From: Eledone cirrhosa
Lineage: Eukaryota
Assembly: GCA_964016885.1 (NCBI GenBank)
Contig: OZ024752.1
Coordinates: 682,001 to 746,000, forward strand
Direction: 5' to 3'
Length of the DNA: 64,000 nt
In this document: in pieces, positions 1 through 13,678 of the stretch
How the letters are laid out: each line of letters starts with the position of its first letter
Numbering within the stretch: position 1 is the stretch's first letter
Program-made: the position numbers and the translations under genes
Notes under the pieces: generated by a model
Database searches by the model: none
Seen by the model: only the letters and a program-made list of their open reading frames with translations
Told to the model about the DNA's origin: nothing

Positions 1-149
1 TACAGGTTATCTTTCAATAAATGCAAAGAAGCGGCTCTTTTGAGAAGATCGTAGCAGTAGTCAAGCTATAAATTTAAACTAAGGAAACTTGTGACAGGAG
101 ACAATTAGAGTTAAACATTTAACTCAATCTACGAGCAGTATGTGAAAAG

Positions 150-400
150 GTTTGTTATTGTATGAAATTACAAGAAAGTATGACTATCAACCGTAAAAAT
201 ACTATGAAGATTGTAAATGCTCCTCCCCAATGGTGTCCTAGAGTCATTTTGGGTGTCGTGGGGTTTGGAAAGTAAATAAACATCACATCCCCCAAGGCGG
301 TATTGTTAAATGAAGTGCGGGGTTAGTATAGTGGAAAAGTCTCCCTTGAATTTTAGAATCTTTAGAGACGCCCCTGGTAGTTGTTGAAAATCTACCAAAT
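150..400 (-). mobile_element. Decayed Penelope-like reverse transcriptase fragment
   Basis: Minus strand near 215-285 reads VYLLSKPHDTQNDSRTPLGRSI, resembling the PLE RT motif YLLPKIHK...PGRPIVS; limits approximate. Confidence 0.4.
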
Positions 401-1028
401 GGAAAATCACACGGGAACCTGACAGCTGGATATTGATACAGGAGGGTCACATTTAATAGGAAAGCTCTCATCAAGCTATTCCAAAAAATGCCAACAAAAA
501 GCCAATGCTTGGTTAACTCGAACGATCTGGTAGGGTGACAGTTGCACAGACAACACACGGGCGAGGAGGTTCAAAGCATACCAACATCTACTATCAACTG
601 AGTTTTTCACTCATCCAGTAAACCTACACTAGCATACTTATCTCTCCTGCAAACAAAATATTTCATACCCCTTCTTCTCTCTTGTAATCACTTAAATGTT
701 GTGATGTGACTGATGTTCGTTCTGGCAATGAACCTCCTTTTCAGTCCTGTTGTCGAAATACTCAGGCCTCCTGTTAGGATCTGCAGTGAAGAAGAAAATT
801 CATGTCCTTCACATCTCTTTTGTCGGTAACTTGAGGCTAGATTTAGATATTTACAATACAAGAGATAAAGCTGATCGTAACATTCTCATGATACATAAGA
901 ATGATGTTTGGACAGGTTATTTACTAGTCCATTGAAGAATAATTGTTGACCAGGCGAGGAATATGGGTAAGAATAACCTTCAAGCATATTTCTAATAATG
1001 AAGGGTACGGAACTAAGAAGAATATAGC

Positions 1029-1090
<62 letters not shown>

Positions 1091-1091
1091 C

Positions 1092-1133
<42 letters not shown>

Positions 1134-1410
1134 AATAAAGCTACAGTGACGAAGAAGACTTCAGGGGATTTGGCAAAATATAGAAACAGTTGGCATAGGA
1201 TCTTTACATAACAATTAAATATCTACATAAATAATCAAATACATACACACTCACACACACACATATACATCTCCCTCTCTCTCTCTCACTCACTCTCTCT
1301 ATATATATATGCTCAACGTGGTTCTTTTCTAGAACAAACAACCGTCATCTCCCAACACACACACATACACACATACACACACACACACACATGTATATAT
1401 ATATATATGT

Positions 1411-1998
1411 GTGTATGTATGTAAAAGGTAAACAGACATAACAACACAATCGGTACAGTATACGGAAGAAATATATTAGGGTAACGCTTGAAATAGCAGG
1501 AAGAGAGTCTTAACGTTTCCGACGCTAGTCCTTCATCAGAAGAAAGAATGAGAAATAAGATAGATTGAGGGGACGGGCGTGTTGTAATTGGAAAAAATGT
1601 CTTTAGTGAGATTAGGCATATTGAAGGTTCTAGGGTGGGAGTGAAAAATAGACGGGTGAGAAGAAGAAGGTGGTGTAAGAAGATTGTAGTAGAGGAAATG
1701 TGATAGAGAGTCGTGGAATATTTAAATGCAAGAAACAAAGAAAATTTCAATGATACGAAAGATTTCCTGATAGAAGTTTAGGTATACTCCGGGTTGGCAT
1801 CCAGTTTCGGGTGAAAATCCAATTAGAAAATCCAACGAATTTGAGAGGTCCACGTAAGCATTGATATATATATATACATATGTATGTAAAAGGTAAACAG
1901 AAATAACAACACAATCGGTACAGTATATGGAAGGAATATATTAGGTTAACGCTTGAAATAGCAGTAAGAGGGTCTTAACGTTTCGGACGCTAGTCCTT
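1411..1998 (-). mobile_element. Penelope-like element 3' fragment with partial tandem pLTR
   Basis: ~120 bp direct repeat (1411-1533 and 1879-1998), hammerhead motif in the repeat, microsatellite flanks; the same tail recurs inverted at 47588-47640. Confidence 0.6.
1508..1543 (-). ncRNA. Minimal type I hammerhead ribozyme
   Basis: UCUU-CUGAUGA-A-GGAC(UAGC)GUCG-GAAA-CG-UU-AAGA; helix III is the palindrome ACGU; the sister repeat has a perfect GGAC/GUCC helix II. Confidence 0.7.
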
Positions 1999-2185
1999 AT
2001 AGTTTTATCGAGTTGATTACACAGCCATATAAGGCAAAGAATAATTCAAAGTTCAAATGTGCTGTTATAGTAAGATAAGTAAAAGACAGTTCAGAGTTTA
2101 ATCCAATCAGTTAATTTCCAACCACAATAGTTTTACAATATCACAGAGCATACAGAAAAGAATAAAATAACCAGGATTAAATAAC

Positions 2186-2368
2186 TGTTTCTACTTTTGG
2201 CACAAGGCCAGCAATTTCCCAGTGTATTACTGGTACTTTATTTTATCGACCCCGTAAGGATGAAAGGCAAAGTTAACCTCGGCGGGATTTGAACTCAGAA
2301 TGGCAAGGGCCGTAACTCTATGCGTCAAAGCATGGCGTCCGACCCTCTACCGATACTGCCAATTCACT
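2186..2368 (-). mobile_element. tRNA-derived SINE, family 1
   Basis: A-box TGGCAGTATCGG, B-box GAGTTCAAATCC, core gcctttcatccttacggggtcgataaaat; 18-bp TSD taaccaggattaaataac. Confidence 0.85.
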
Positions 2369-2662
2369 TAACCAGGATTAAATAACATTAGGTTATTTGA
2401 TTTACGAACATTTCTATCAATACAGTAAGAATCTCCATTTTTTCCTCTCTTTTCGGAGTGAAGATATTTGGACATCGCTGTGCATTTATATATATGTGAT
2501 GTAATATATTTGTAAACGATATATACATGGATATAAAAATCGAGAAACAAACTAGTTTTGTATATAAAGCAAATGATATGTAGATTTAAATACAAATTTA
2601 AAACCATACTCTTTATTATTAGAATATTGCTGTAGTCACATAAAGATTATTCTATACTTAGA

Positions 2663-2694
<32 letters not shown>

Positions 2695-3343
2695 ATTGGG
2701 AGAGAGGGGGGAGGAAGCTGTGTCTTTCTATACAAGATCCTAATAATTGAACAGGTGTAAAGTAGGTGATAAGTGAGTTACAGAGAAGGAGAAAAAATAA
2801 AAACATATCTAAGAACAGAAATAACATTGCATGGAATATGCAAGATTGGTTGAGCAGGTGGTTCTTTACAGAAGTCACTGTAATGTAGAAAATGGTAAAA
2901 ACTAGAATTATAGGGGTTAAAACAGGATATTAAAAGAGGGAATCTTATATTTTACTTCACTTCAAATTTTATTTATCTTAATTGTTTTTTTTTCTTTTCT
3001 TTTTCCTTTTATTTATTTTGTGTTATACTTTTTTGGTTTTATTCTCAACTTACTCTCACTTTTCTCTCTGACTGTCAATCCTGTGGATATACATACAATT
3101 ATTGCGGCACTGTCTTGTAGACATTACTGGAATGCAGAAACCTGGTATGTAGAATAGAGCCTATTGGCGACATTCCTCGCTGTTTGCAAACTTTTTTCAT
3201 TCATATTTCTTTTATTCTTTTCTTTCATTATTTATTTAATTCCTTATATTATTTTTAAAACAACTGAACAATGCTTACTCTCTTTTGATAATGTCAATGT
3301 TCTTTCAATACATACACACATACACATAGGCACAAGCACGCAC

Positions 3344-3381
<38 letters not shown>

Positions 3382-3398
3382 CTGTGTGTGTGTGTGTG

Positions 3399-3444
<46 letters not shown>

Positions 3445-3520
3445 TGTGTGTGTGTCTGTGTGTGTGTGCGGGTGTATGTATATATATATATGTATATATG
3501 TGTGTGTGTAAATATATATA

Positions 3521-3580
<60 letters not shown>

Positions 3581-3655
3581 TATACATATCTATATGTGTA
3601 CGCACCTGTATACCTCTTTGTGTGTGCGTAAACACACATACACATATGCACGCAA

Positions 3656-3694
<39 letters not shown>

Positions 3695-3737
3695 AATAAC
3701 AGGAGGCTGAACTGGTGTAATTCCTTAAAGGTTTATT

Positions 3738-3795
3738 ATACTATGAACATTTCAATGACCGGGTTCAGTATGAATCCGGTGACATCATCAGGTAT
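3738..3795 (-). ncRNA. Type I hammerhead ribozyme
   Basis: AUAC-CUGAUGA-[ACCGG.UUCA UAC UGAA.CCGGU hairpin]-GAAA-UG UU CA-UA-GUAU; insert flanked by (TA)n. Confidence 0.7.
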
Positions 3796-4849
3796 TCGAA
3801 ATTTAACAAAGGAATATAATAGACACAATCCATGGGGCTGAAAAGGTAGAGGGAGACGAGAGGGCGGCCAAACATTTAGCAGTTTCTAGTCCGGTCGGTC
3901 GCTTTAAAGTCGCACCACCAACAACACAAACGAAGACGGGTGAGTTGCATTACGTCGAGTGTTCTCCCTAATATTACATCAAGGTTGACTATACGGAATG
4001 ACCAGTTCTATCTGGTGGTGAACCAACAAACCTAAATGAATATATATATAGGCAGATTCCTGATCATTTCTAAAGAATGAAACAGTTCTAGTCCTGTAGA
4101 ATCTCATCTATATTAAAACTATATATATATATATATATATATGGATGGGTGTATATGAAAGCATATAGTATATGTACATATATGCAATAAACATATGGGA
4201 GACTTGCTCTCAAAGAAAAATATTTTTTCGTTAAGATAATAGTATTTTTTTTCTTTTTTGATCTGTAACCACGTCACACGGTGTCAGTAAGAGTCGAGAA
4301 TGCCAGATAGCGTTGTTTCAAGATTCACTCAACGACTACTGACATGGAAATGGACTAGAGACTATATGAATTTTGCGTAATGAGCATTTGCTGGAGATGC
4401 TCAATCGCATGGAGTAAAATCGAAAGCAGCGTCTTGGAAAAACTTATTTGCATATAGTGTGGTTTGATAAAGAATATCTAAAACTTGGCGAGCACTTAAT
4501 CTGTAGAAACAGTTTGTGGTATATAGAGATTTATTAGACTAGATTATGGTGTCAGGTAGAATTGACTCACTAGAATTCTGTCACAGGTATTTCACTGACA
4601 TTACATTCTCTACCTATTTGATCCCATAAGGGGTCAAATAAGTACCAGTAATGCACTTGGATCAGTTTAATCGAATTTCTCCTCGCCCAAAATGTTGGCG
4701 TTGTGCTTAAATCAGAAACCATTATTTTAATATTCATTGTAGTGATGATTATATGATTTTGAATATAGTTTTCTTCTTCTTCTTCTCCTTCTTCTGCTCC
4801 TCCTCCTCCTCCTCCGCCTCCTCTTCCTCCTCATTCTTCATCATCATCA

Positions 4850-5155
4850 TCTTTTTTTTCGCCCACATATTTCCGAGAGGATTGTAGGGACAGAGTCTAC
4901 AAACACTCCTTCCTGTAGGTCCTGTCAGAAGCAACCGTCTCCAACTGATCCAGCTGGATCCCCAAGTGAGACCAGCCAAGATCATGTATGTTATCCAACC
5001 GTCTTGCTCGGGGTATACGTCTGAATCTCCTGCCAGTCCGTTTTGCCCGTAAAATCTGTCCAGAGATTCTTTCCTGGGACATTTTAACCCCATGCCCATA
5101 GTAACGGAGAAGTAGCGGCTCTACCTTCAGTGACTCCCGGATCTCCGAACTACGC
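4850..5155 (-). mobile_element. RTE-clade LINE 3' fragment with (GAT)/(GAG)/(GAA) tail
   Basis: ORF LRYYGHGVKMSQERISGQIL...GRR..PRARRLDNI matches the RTE C-terminus; related tails at ~48790-48865 and ~51270-51395. Confidence 0.65.
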
Positions 5156-5353
5156 AATATATCGAATAACGTTACACCAAATAATATTTATAAGGAGTAA
5201 TATTAGTGAACACATATATCAATATAACCCCTCAAATGTACGTAAACGCACAGACACATTCACTTTCACACACATATATGTACATACATATATTCATTCA
5301 TATATACATACGTACATGCATTTATTTTATATAATAAGCATTCGTAAATGATA

Positions 5354-5534
5354 ATTGTTTCTACTTTTGGCACAAGGCCAGCAATTATCCAGTGTATTAC
5401 TGGTACTTTATTTTATCGACCCCGTAAGGATGAAAGGCAAAGTTAACCTCGGCGGGATTTAAACTCAGATCATAAAGGGACGTAACTACGCGGGAAAGCA
5501 TGTCTGACCCTCTACCAATATGCCAATTCACCGC
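5354..5534 (-). mobile_element. tRNA-derived SINE, family 1 (extra tail fragment to ~5595)
   Basis: Same consensus; flanking duplication cgtaaatgataatt. Confidence 0.85.
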
Positions 5535-6384
5535 CATGCGTAAATGATAATTGTGTCTACTTTTGGCACAAGGCGAGCAATTACCCAGTACATTACGAGG
5601 AAATAATCTTCTTCTTCTTCTTCTTCTGAGAACTAAAGAGAAAATATATCAGAATTTTGTTTGAGATAATGTTGGATTCTTTCATATAATACCGAGCAGT
5701 CGCGTAAAATGAAGGTTGTAGTATAAAAAAAAATCGTTACTCTGTCCGATATATTATAGGTTTATGTTTAAATGTTTTGTACGTTTTATATCAGCAAATG
5801 AATATTATTTTGGAATGTTTTTTTATATAGGAGGTTTTGTGTATAAAATTTCATAAATTTTCATTGTACAAAAATTATAACTTTTGTGCCCATTCTATGT
5901 CGAAGCTTTCGCATTTATATTCTATTTTTGTCGTATTTAATTGTTTATAGTTCTTATATATGTATGTCGATAATAATGTGCCATTAATGTTGTGGAATAT
6001 GTTCGTATGTTGATTATAATTTATTTTGAATGTGTTTATAGTGGGTACTATACATATTTACACTATTTGACATATTCATTTTAAAATGGTAAACTATGAC
6101 GTTAGTTATGTACGTGGACTCAATTAGTCATGCATTAATATTTCTAAACTTAGATTTAATACTATTTGTATTAATAAAGACTTGTTATTATTTATATGTA
6201 TATTAATAGAGTTTGGTGTAGTGAAAAATATATATGATCGCTGTTTACTCACTATCGATTATCACTAACCCTTTCCCCAGGTCCTCTTTCTTTTCAAAGT
6301 TGCAATGCCTCCCCGTCATGGACTTATAAGATAGTAAAGCGACCTATTCATTATGGCAAGACAAAACCCTCCTACTCTCACACA

Positions 6385-6445
<61 letters not shown>

Positions 6446-6557
6446 TCAACGGCTGAGTTCTTGCCGTTTCAACGGCGAGTAGATATAACAACACTAATTA
6501 CATAAGCATCGAATTCTAGCCTGAACATCGGTCTTGCTAGTCTGAGCTGGTAACTGC

Positions 6558-6809
<252 letters not shown>

Positions 6810-6993
6810 AACATGGGAAGAAAGGGGAATACTGCGTGGTTGCACATGGGTTACATATAAAATTAGTCCCTCATCAGTGATTTGCCAACCATCATTGGTA
6901 TTTCATCGCAATAGGAATGAAACAGTTCAAGTCCTGTAACCCTATATAATATATGCTTCTTCTTTCCAAATGTATTGAGTACCTTAATATCAT

Positions 6994-7037
<44 letters not shown>

Positions 7038-7668
7038 ACGGATATATCTAATCTTTCTCTCTCTTTCTGCCCCTAAAGTTATACAGCCATGTAAATTGAG
7101 GGCTTTTTATGTTAATCCATAGATGTAAATAGGAAGAAAAGCAGTCTTTTATAAAAGGTAGAGGACCTAGATCAATTTCCATTATTTCTCGTACCTAAAT
7201 ATTTCATTATACATCTGATATTTTGTAGGAGCGAATATGTAGTAGACACTGTTGAATGATTTGAGAGAGATTTGACTGCTATTTCTAACGGTATATCTAC
7301 ATGTAGAGGCTCTCTCATTGGATCAGTGTACTTGTGAAAAATGATAGAATGGATGATTTAACTCAATTATTCGAGTCGATCAAACATAATTTCGGAGACA
7401 TTATTTATAAGATATGTTTGACAGATAACAAGCAGATTAAACATTTTATGACTCCTTGCTCTTGTAGGATGGAGACGTGGAAGAAATAATTTTGATTAAA
7501 ACTGACACACTGTGAAATAGACTTGTTATGCATGGCACACATTTGTGAAGTGTTTGCAAAATATACATAAATGCATACACACACATATACACACACTATA
7601 TATATATATATCCCAGGTTCAATAGGGGGTAACCACAGTAAGTAAGGTACTCAATACATAGATAAATA

Positions 7669-7759
7669 TTTAATATAGAAATGGCTTCTACAGGACTTTC
7701 CTGATGATTTGCTCCGAATGAAACAGTTCTAGTCCTTTACAAGCCATTTCTATATTAAA
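7669..7759 (+). ncRNA. Hammerhead-like motif with a long outer helix (variant core geometry)
   Basis: CUGAUGA(7701)-UUUG CUC CGAAU-GAAACAGUUC enclosed by ~28 bp complementary arms; related copies at ~4060-4118 (CUGAUCA) and ~6915-6940. Confidence 0.5.
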
Positions 7760-7777
7760 CATAAATATATATATTAT

Positions 7778-7821
<44 letters not shown>

Positions 7822-7822
<1 letters not shown>

Positions 7823-8008
7823 TGTTTCTACTTTTGGCACAAGGCCAGCAACTCCTCAGTGCATTACTGGTACTTTATTTTATCGACCCCGTAAGGATGA
7901 AAGGCAAAGTTAACCTCGGCGGGATTTGAACTCAGAATAGCAAGGGCCGTAACTCTATGCGTCAAAGCATGGCGTCCGACCCTCTACCGATACTGCCAAT
8001 TCACCGCC
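7822..8008 (-). mobile_element. tRNA-derived SINE, family 1
   Basis: Same consensus, next to (TAA)n. Confidence 0.85.
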
Positions 8009-8011
8009 CTA

Positions 8012-8319
8012 ATAATACTAAAACAATACCAGTGGTTGTAGGCGCTCTAGGAATGATACATAAGGGGTCTAATGATTACTTATCGCAAATCCCAGGAAAC
8101 CCGCGTATAGGAGAAATACAAAAGATAGTACTAATGGGAACTGCCCATATACTAAGGAAGATTCTGTCAATATAAGTACATCACAAGTCTAAACACCTAA
8201 AGATGCATGTGTGAGTATGTATGTTCTTTCTTGAACATGACGGACCTTGTTGTCTCCTGAGGTCACTGGTTGTGACTTGGTGATAACTCGTATGAACATA
8301 AAGAAAGATAAATGCAACT

Positions 8320-8320
<1 letters not shown>
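8012..8320 (+). mobile_element. R4/Dong-like retrotransposon extreme 3' fragment
   Basis: IPVVVGALG...IQKIVLMGTAHILRKIL* followed by a 3'UTR and (TAA)n. Confidence 0.7.
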
Positions 8321-8372
<52 letters not shown>

Positions 8373-8373
<1 letters not shown>

Positions 8374-9489
8374 TTCCACAAGAGGAGTGATGTCGATAGA
8401 CTCTACCTAAGGAGATCTGAGGGTGGAAGAGGTCTTATCAGCATAGAGGAGTGTTCAGATGGAGAAAAACAACCTACACAAATACGTGACTGATAGTAAG
8501 GAGCCAATGCTCAGAACTGTACTGAAGGAGGGGACAATAGGCCAGGGGATGTCCAAGGAGGAAATAACATCAAGGAGAAAGAGCAGCCTTCAGGGAAAAT
8601 CCCTTCATAGTACCTTCTTTGAGAAAACTGAATTTAGAGATCCACAGACATGGAACTGGTTGAGAAGAGGAGACCTCAAAAAGGCTACAGAAGGAATGTT
8701 AATGGCTGCGCAGGAGCAGGCCCTCAAAACGAAGTGGTTGAAACACCATATTTACAAGTAGGAGGCTAGCCCACTGTGCAGGATCTGTGGAGAGAGAGAG
8801 AGGAGACTGTGGCTCACATTGTATCCGAGTGTAAACACCTAGCCCAGACCCACTATAAGGGCTGGAGACGTGATGTGATGGGCAGGGTGAATCACTGGCA
8901 CCTGTGCAAAGTAAACAATTTACCACATTCTGAGAAATGGTATGAGCATAAGCCAGAGGCGGTGATGGAGAACGATCAGGTGAAGGTGCTGTGGGATTTT
9001 AGGATACAGACGGACAAGAAACTGGAACACAATAGACCTGACCTGGTGGTTGTGGACAAAGAAAAAAGATCGTGTCTGATTGTGGATGTGGCCTGCCCAT
9101 TCGACACGAGAGTGCAAGAGAAGGAGAGGGAGAAAATTAACCGATACCAGGACTTAAAGTGGGAGGTAAAAAGGATTTGGAACTGCCATGAAGTCAAAGT
9201 GATCCCGATTGTCATAGGCGCACTGGGGACTATCTCCAAAAGTTTCCAGGGATGGTTAAAGAAAATCGGCCTCTTCACGCTTTTTGGAACGCTTCAAAGG
9301 GTATGCTTGCTGTTCCCAGCAAGCATGCCTTTTGAAGCGTTCCAAAAAGCGTGAAGAGGCCGATTTTCTTTAACCATCCCTCCGATACGTCCTGAATATC
9401 TGAGGCTGCAGGTAGTGGCTTAATATTCATTCCAACGGACTTTCCAGTTAACTAACATCAATGACTGAGATTCAAGGAATAATAGTAAT
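8373..9489 (+). mobile_element. R4/Dong-like (restriction-like endonuclease) non-LTR retrotransposon, 5'-truncated, in (TAA)n
   Basis: VDRLYL.RSEGGRGL, AAQEQAL, CRIC..ETVAHIVSEC, NRPDLVVVD...IVDVACPFD, PIVIGALG motifs; (TAA)n on both sides. Confidence 0.85.
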
Positions 9490-9514
9490 GATAATAATAA
9501 TAATAATAATAATA

Positions 9515-9571
<57 letters not shown>

Positions 9572-10273
9572 AGGACGATTTGTCTTCATTATGTTTATGG
9601 AGTAGTCACGCGCGTTTCGCTATTGATCAGCTCAAGGTTTGATCTGTATCGATCTGGCCCGACTCTGGAATGAAAAGCTCGTCGGACCTCTGCTGTGGTA
9701 ATGACAGAATATATATATCTGTATATTTATATATATATATATATATATATATTGTACTTATATATTTATATATATATATATTGCATTCCGGCGGTTATGA
9801 CGATGAGTATTCCAGTTGGTACAATTAACGTGCAAGTGGCTAAGAATTCTACACACATGCTTACTTTTAACGTATTTCTGAGAAACATTCAGTGTGACAT
9901 AAAATGTGACAAGACTGGCCCTTCAAGCCCAACCCATTTTAGCCAGCTGATTGAACTAGAGCGATATGAAATAAAGTTCTTGCTTAAGGACTCAACGCTC
10001 AGCCAGAAATCAAAATCACGACTTTACGATCGGGTGCTTAATACCCTAACCTCTAAGCCACGCACTTCATACAGACACACATGTGTATATGCATATTATA
10101 TATTATATAAATGCTTATATTGGACCATTTTTCTGTTTCTCCCTTGTGCTCCTGTCTCTATTTTGTACTCCCGAAGAAGCGCTTAAGACCGACACGTCGA
10201 ATGTTCTTTTCTCTTTCCAATATAAAGTGTGAAACTAATAAAACTTTTTGTACCGCTGTTTGTTGTCTCCTTG

Positions 10274-10325
<52 letters not shown>

Positions 10326-10842
10326 TGTGTACAGAAGTATATTTAACTATATATATAACTGTGTGTGTGTATGTATAAATGTATGTATATATGGATGGAT
10401 GTATTAGCGATAGCGGGATTCAGAATAAAGAGGCATATGATCGATCACACAATATATGTTTTCATCTAGAAAAATATACCTTTAACCTCTCTATGATTTT
10501 TTATGTTATTAACTTGTCCTAGCTACTTCAGTAATCGGAGTAAGAAAGGTGGATGCTTGCTCTATATATAAAGAGGCCTTCACCACGAATATTGTGTTTA
10601 TAAATCTTATACGTCAGTCTTTTATACCTCAGCAGTCAGATGTAAGTAAGTGAACGGTGACAAATTGTAACGACACTGAAATACATTCGTCCCTATTACC
10701 ATTTTTGGTGAGGTAGCTATGAGCAAATGAAGCGAAACTAAATGTATATATATTGTGCGTTAATATATACGCGTTCTTATATATAATGAGGATGCAGAGA
10801 TGCAACCAGTACTAGCAATGAAACCCATGCTAGTCCCGTCAA

Positions 10843-10899
<57 letters not shown>

Positions 10900-10943
10900 C
10901 AAAATATTAATAAATGGAGACATTCATGTAGTCAAAATATATG

Positions 10944-11005
10944 TTTTATTATATATATTTCGGAGGTACTGTGCTGTTTTTTCAGTGCGTCCTCATCAGA
11001 TAAAA
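10944..11005 (-). ncRNA. Type I hammerhead ribozyme, intact core
   Basis: UUUUAU-CUGAUGA-GGA.G.ACUG...CAGU.C.UCC-GAAA-UAUAUA-UA-AUAAAA; ~190 bp insert between two (TA)n tracts. Confidence 0.8.
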
Positions 11006-11081
11006 TACATATATTGATGTATGACATACCTCAACTGTGCTGATGGTTCAATTCCAGTCTTGGCAGTCTTGTTTAACATTT

Positions 11082-11153
<72 letters not shown>

Positions 11154-11272
11154 AACACTTCACACAAAGTAAAATATTTTGTTTTAAACATTTTCTAACC
11201 CAGAAAAAAGGAGAAAAAATAAAAGGAAAAAAAATATATTTCTCTTCCTAATAATCGTCTTTTTCTACCTAT

Positions 11273-11313
<41 letters not shown>

Positions 11314-11370
11314 CATATACATACGAAGAAATATTAAGACAGGTGTTATGTTTACATAATTGTATTTACT

Positions 11371-11457
11371 GCATTATACGTATTCCAATGACACGGTTGG
11401 TAGTAATTATGTAATGGTTGCATCATTAACTGCCACCAGTGTTTTCTCATCAGATAC
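11371..11457 (-). ncRNA. Hammerhead with long helix II and one core substitution (GGAA for GAAA)
   Basis: GUAU-CUGAUGA-~55 nt hairpin-GGAA-UACGUA-UA-AUGC; helix III palindrome AUACGUAU. Confidence 0.55.
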
Positions 11458-12266
11458 TAATACACTTACGTAAAGTGGTTATGTTGGTATGTTGATATGT
11501 CACAGGTAAACTAGGAGCATCCTGATGTAAAGCGAGCGAACATATGTTTACATCAGGTCACTACTACTTTATAATGTAATGAATACAAATATGTAAACAT
11601 AAGATCTGTTTTCACATTATTTTGTAAATGTAAACTCAGTCACGTTTAATCGCAACCACAATACTGGGTGTGGAATAGCAGTAAGTTGGTTGAACTTACG
11701 AATATAATGTCATGGGTTCGATTCCTGGGTTGAGTGTTGTGTTCTAGAGCAAAACACTTCATTTCACATTGCTCCAGTATATTCAGTTGAAAATGAGCCC
11801 CAACCATAGCCCAGGGTTTAACCTTGCGATGGACTGGCGTGATGAGCCTTCGGGCTCGAGACAGGCTTAAAACTTTAGATAATGCTGGATATATATAAAT
11901 GCGCCTGCCGTGGAGTGTTTTCAACTCCTTAAACCCGATTATCTTCGTTATACTACAACATAACCATCACAGATTAAACAATTATCAGCAACGGTATAAG
12001 TCTTTTCAGTTAAATTTGGCAGACCATATTAAGTTAAAGTAAGGTACTAAATACATCAAGAATAGCGGGTACTTAGTTTTATTTCATATAGAAGTGACTC
12101 CTATTCCTGCAGTCATATAGAAGCCACTTGTATTTGAAATAATGATATGAACACAAATACATGTATACAAACCCAAATAGACACACACACACACATACAT
12201 ACACACACAGACACACATATATATATACATACATACACACTCACGTACCCATATATATATATAAAT

Positions 12267-12328
<62 letters not shown>

Positions 12329-12440
12329 GCATAATTAGAAAAACTGGTGTAACGAAACTCCTAGTCACAACAGGCAAAGAAAAATGATGTCAACCTTATA
12401 GCCATATGATTAGAAAACAACAACATCAATAATAATAATA

Positions 12441-12750
12441 GAAAACGATCAGCTGAAGGTGCTATGGGATTTTAGGTACAGACCGACTAGAAATTAGAAC
12501 ACAATAGACCTGACCTGATGGTTTTGGACAAGGAAAAAAGATCGTGCCTGATTGTAGATGTAGCCTGCCCATTTGACACGAGAGTGCAAGAAAAAGAGAG
12601 GGAGAAAATTAACCGATACCAGGACTTAAAGTGGGAGTTAAAAAGGATTTGGAACTGCCATGAAATCAAGGTCGTCCCGATTGTCATAGGCGCACTAGGT
12701 ACTATCTCAAAGAATTTCCAAGGATGGTTAAAGAAGATTAGTCCAGCCCT
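12441..12750 (+). mobile_element. R4/Dong-like fragment of the same family as 8373-9489
   Basis: Close nucleotide similarity to 8968-9270; starts at (TAA)n. Confidence 0.8.
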
Positions 12751-12850
12751 GTGTGTGTGTGTGTGTGTGTGTGTGGTTGACGGCAGAGAGAAAAATACTC
12801 AATACTGAAGTGTTTAAATATTCATTTTATTAAAGCTAAATAGTGAGAAC

Positions 12851-12894
12851 TGTTACTCTGGATTTTCGTTTGTTTATCACAGGGTCATCAGACA
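12851..12894 (-). ncRNA. Degenerate hammerhead motif
   Basis: UGU-CUGAUGA-...-GAAA-AUCCAGAG-UA-ACA; helices II and III eroded. Confidence 0.45.
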
Positions 12895-13345
12895 AGAACT
12901 AAAATACAAAATTGGGTTCTAGTTCTCGTCTTTGTTATTTTACATTGAACTATTCTCATACTTGTAATTGGATAATATTAAATATTACCCACATTATATA
13001 TATATATATATATAATCATCATCATCATCATTTTACGTCCGCTTTTTCCCTGCTTGCAAGGGTGGGACGGGAACTGATTCTGGCTTGATTTCTACAGATG
13101 CCCTTCTTAACACCAACCTCATTTACAGTGAGTGGTGGGTGCTTTTTTGCCGTGGCACCACCACGACCACTTTGCAGTGGAATAATATGGACCCTAGTCC
13201 CTATCATCTCATTTCTACAGCTGAGTAAACTGGAGCATTGTGAAATAAAGTGTCTTGCTCAAGGAAATAACACATCACCCGGTCTGAGAATTGAACTCAC
13301 AACCTTTCGATTGCAAGGCGAATGCTCTAACCACTAAGCCATGTG

Positions 13346-13581
<236 letters not shown>

Positions 13582-13678
13582 TGAAGTAATTCGGTCGGAA
13601 AGGTCCAGGAAAAAAGAGTGCTCTATGTAAGCAACAGAGCTTAATTATTATTATGTAATAAACTACATAAGGCAATTA

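Noticed and set aside
2280-2368. tRNA genes at SINE heads
   Set aside because: A and B boxes are present but there is no cloverleaf; they are multi-copy SINE heads with TSDs
3164-3710. Long ORFs of YIYI, CVCV, THTH or ERER type (also 6537, 13291, 35770, 56951 and others)
   Set aside because: Translations of dinucleotide and tetranucleotide microsatellites that lack stop codons; no protein signal
10633-10641. Possible 9-nt microexon or end of SCUBE exon 1 (cag|cagtcagat|gtaagt)
   Set aside because: The upstream frame gives no signal peptide, and such motifs arise by chance; needs RNA evidence
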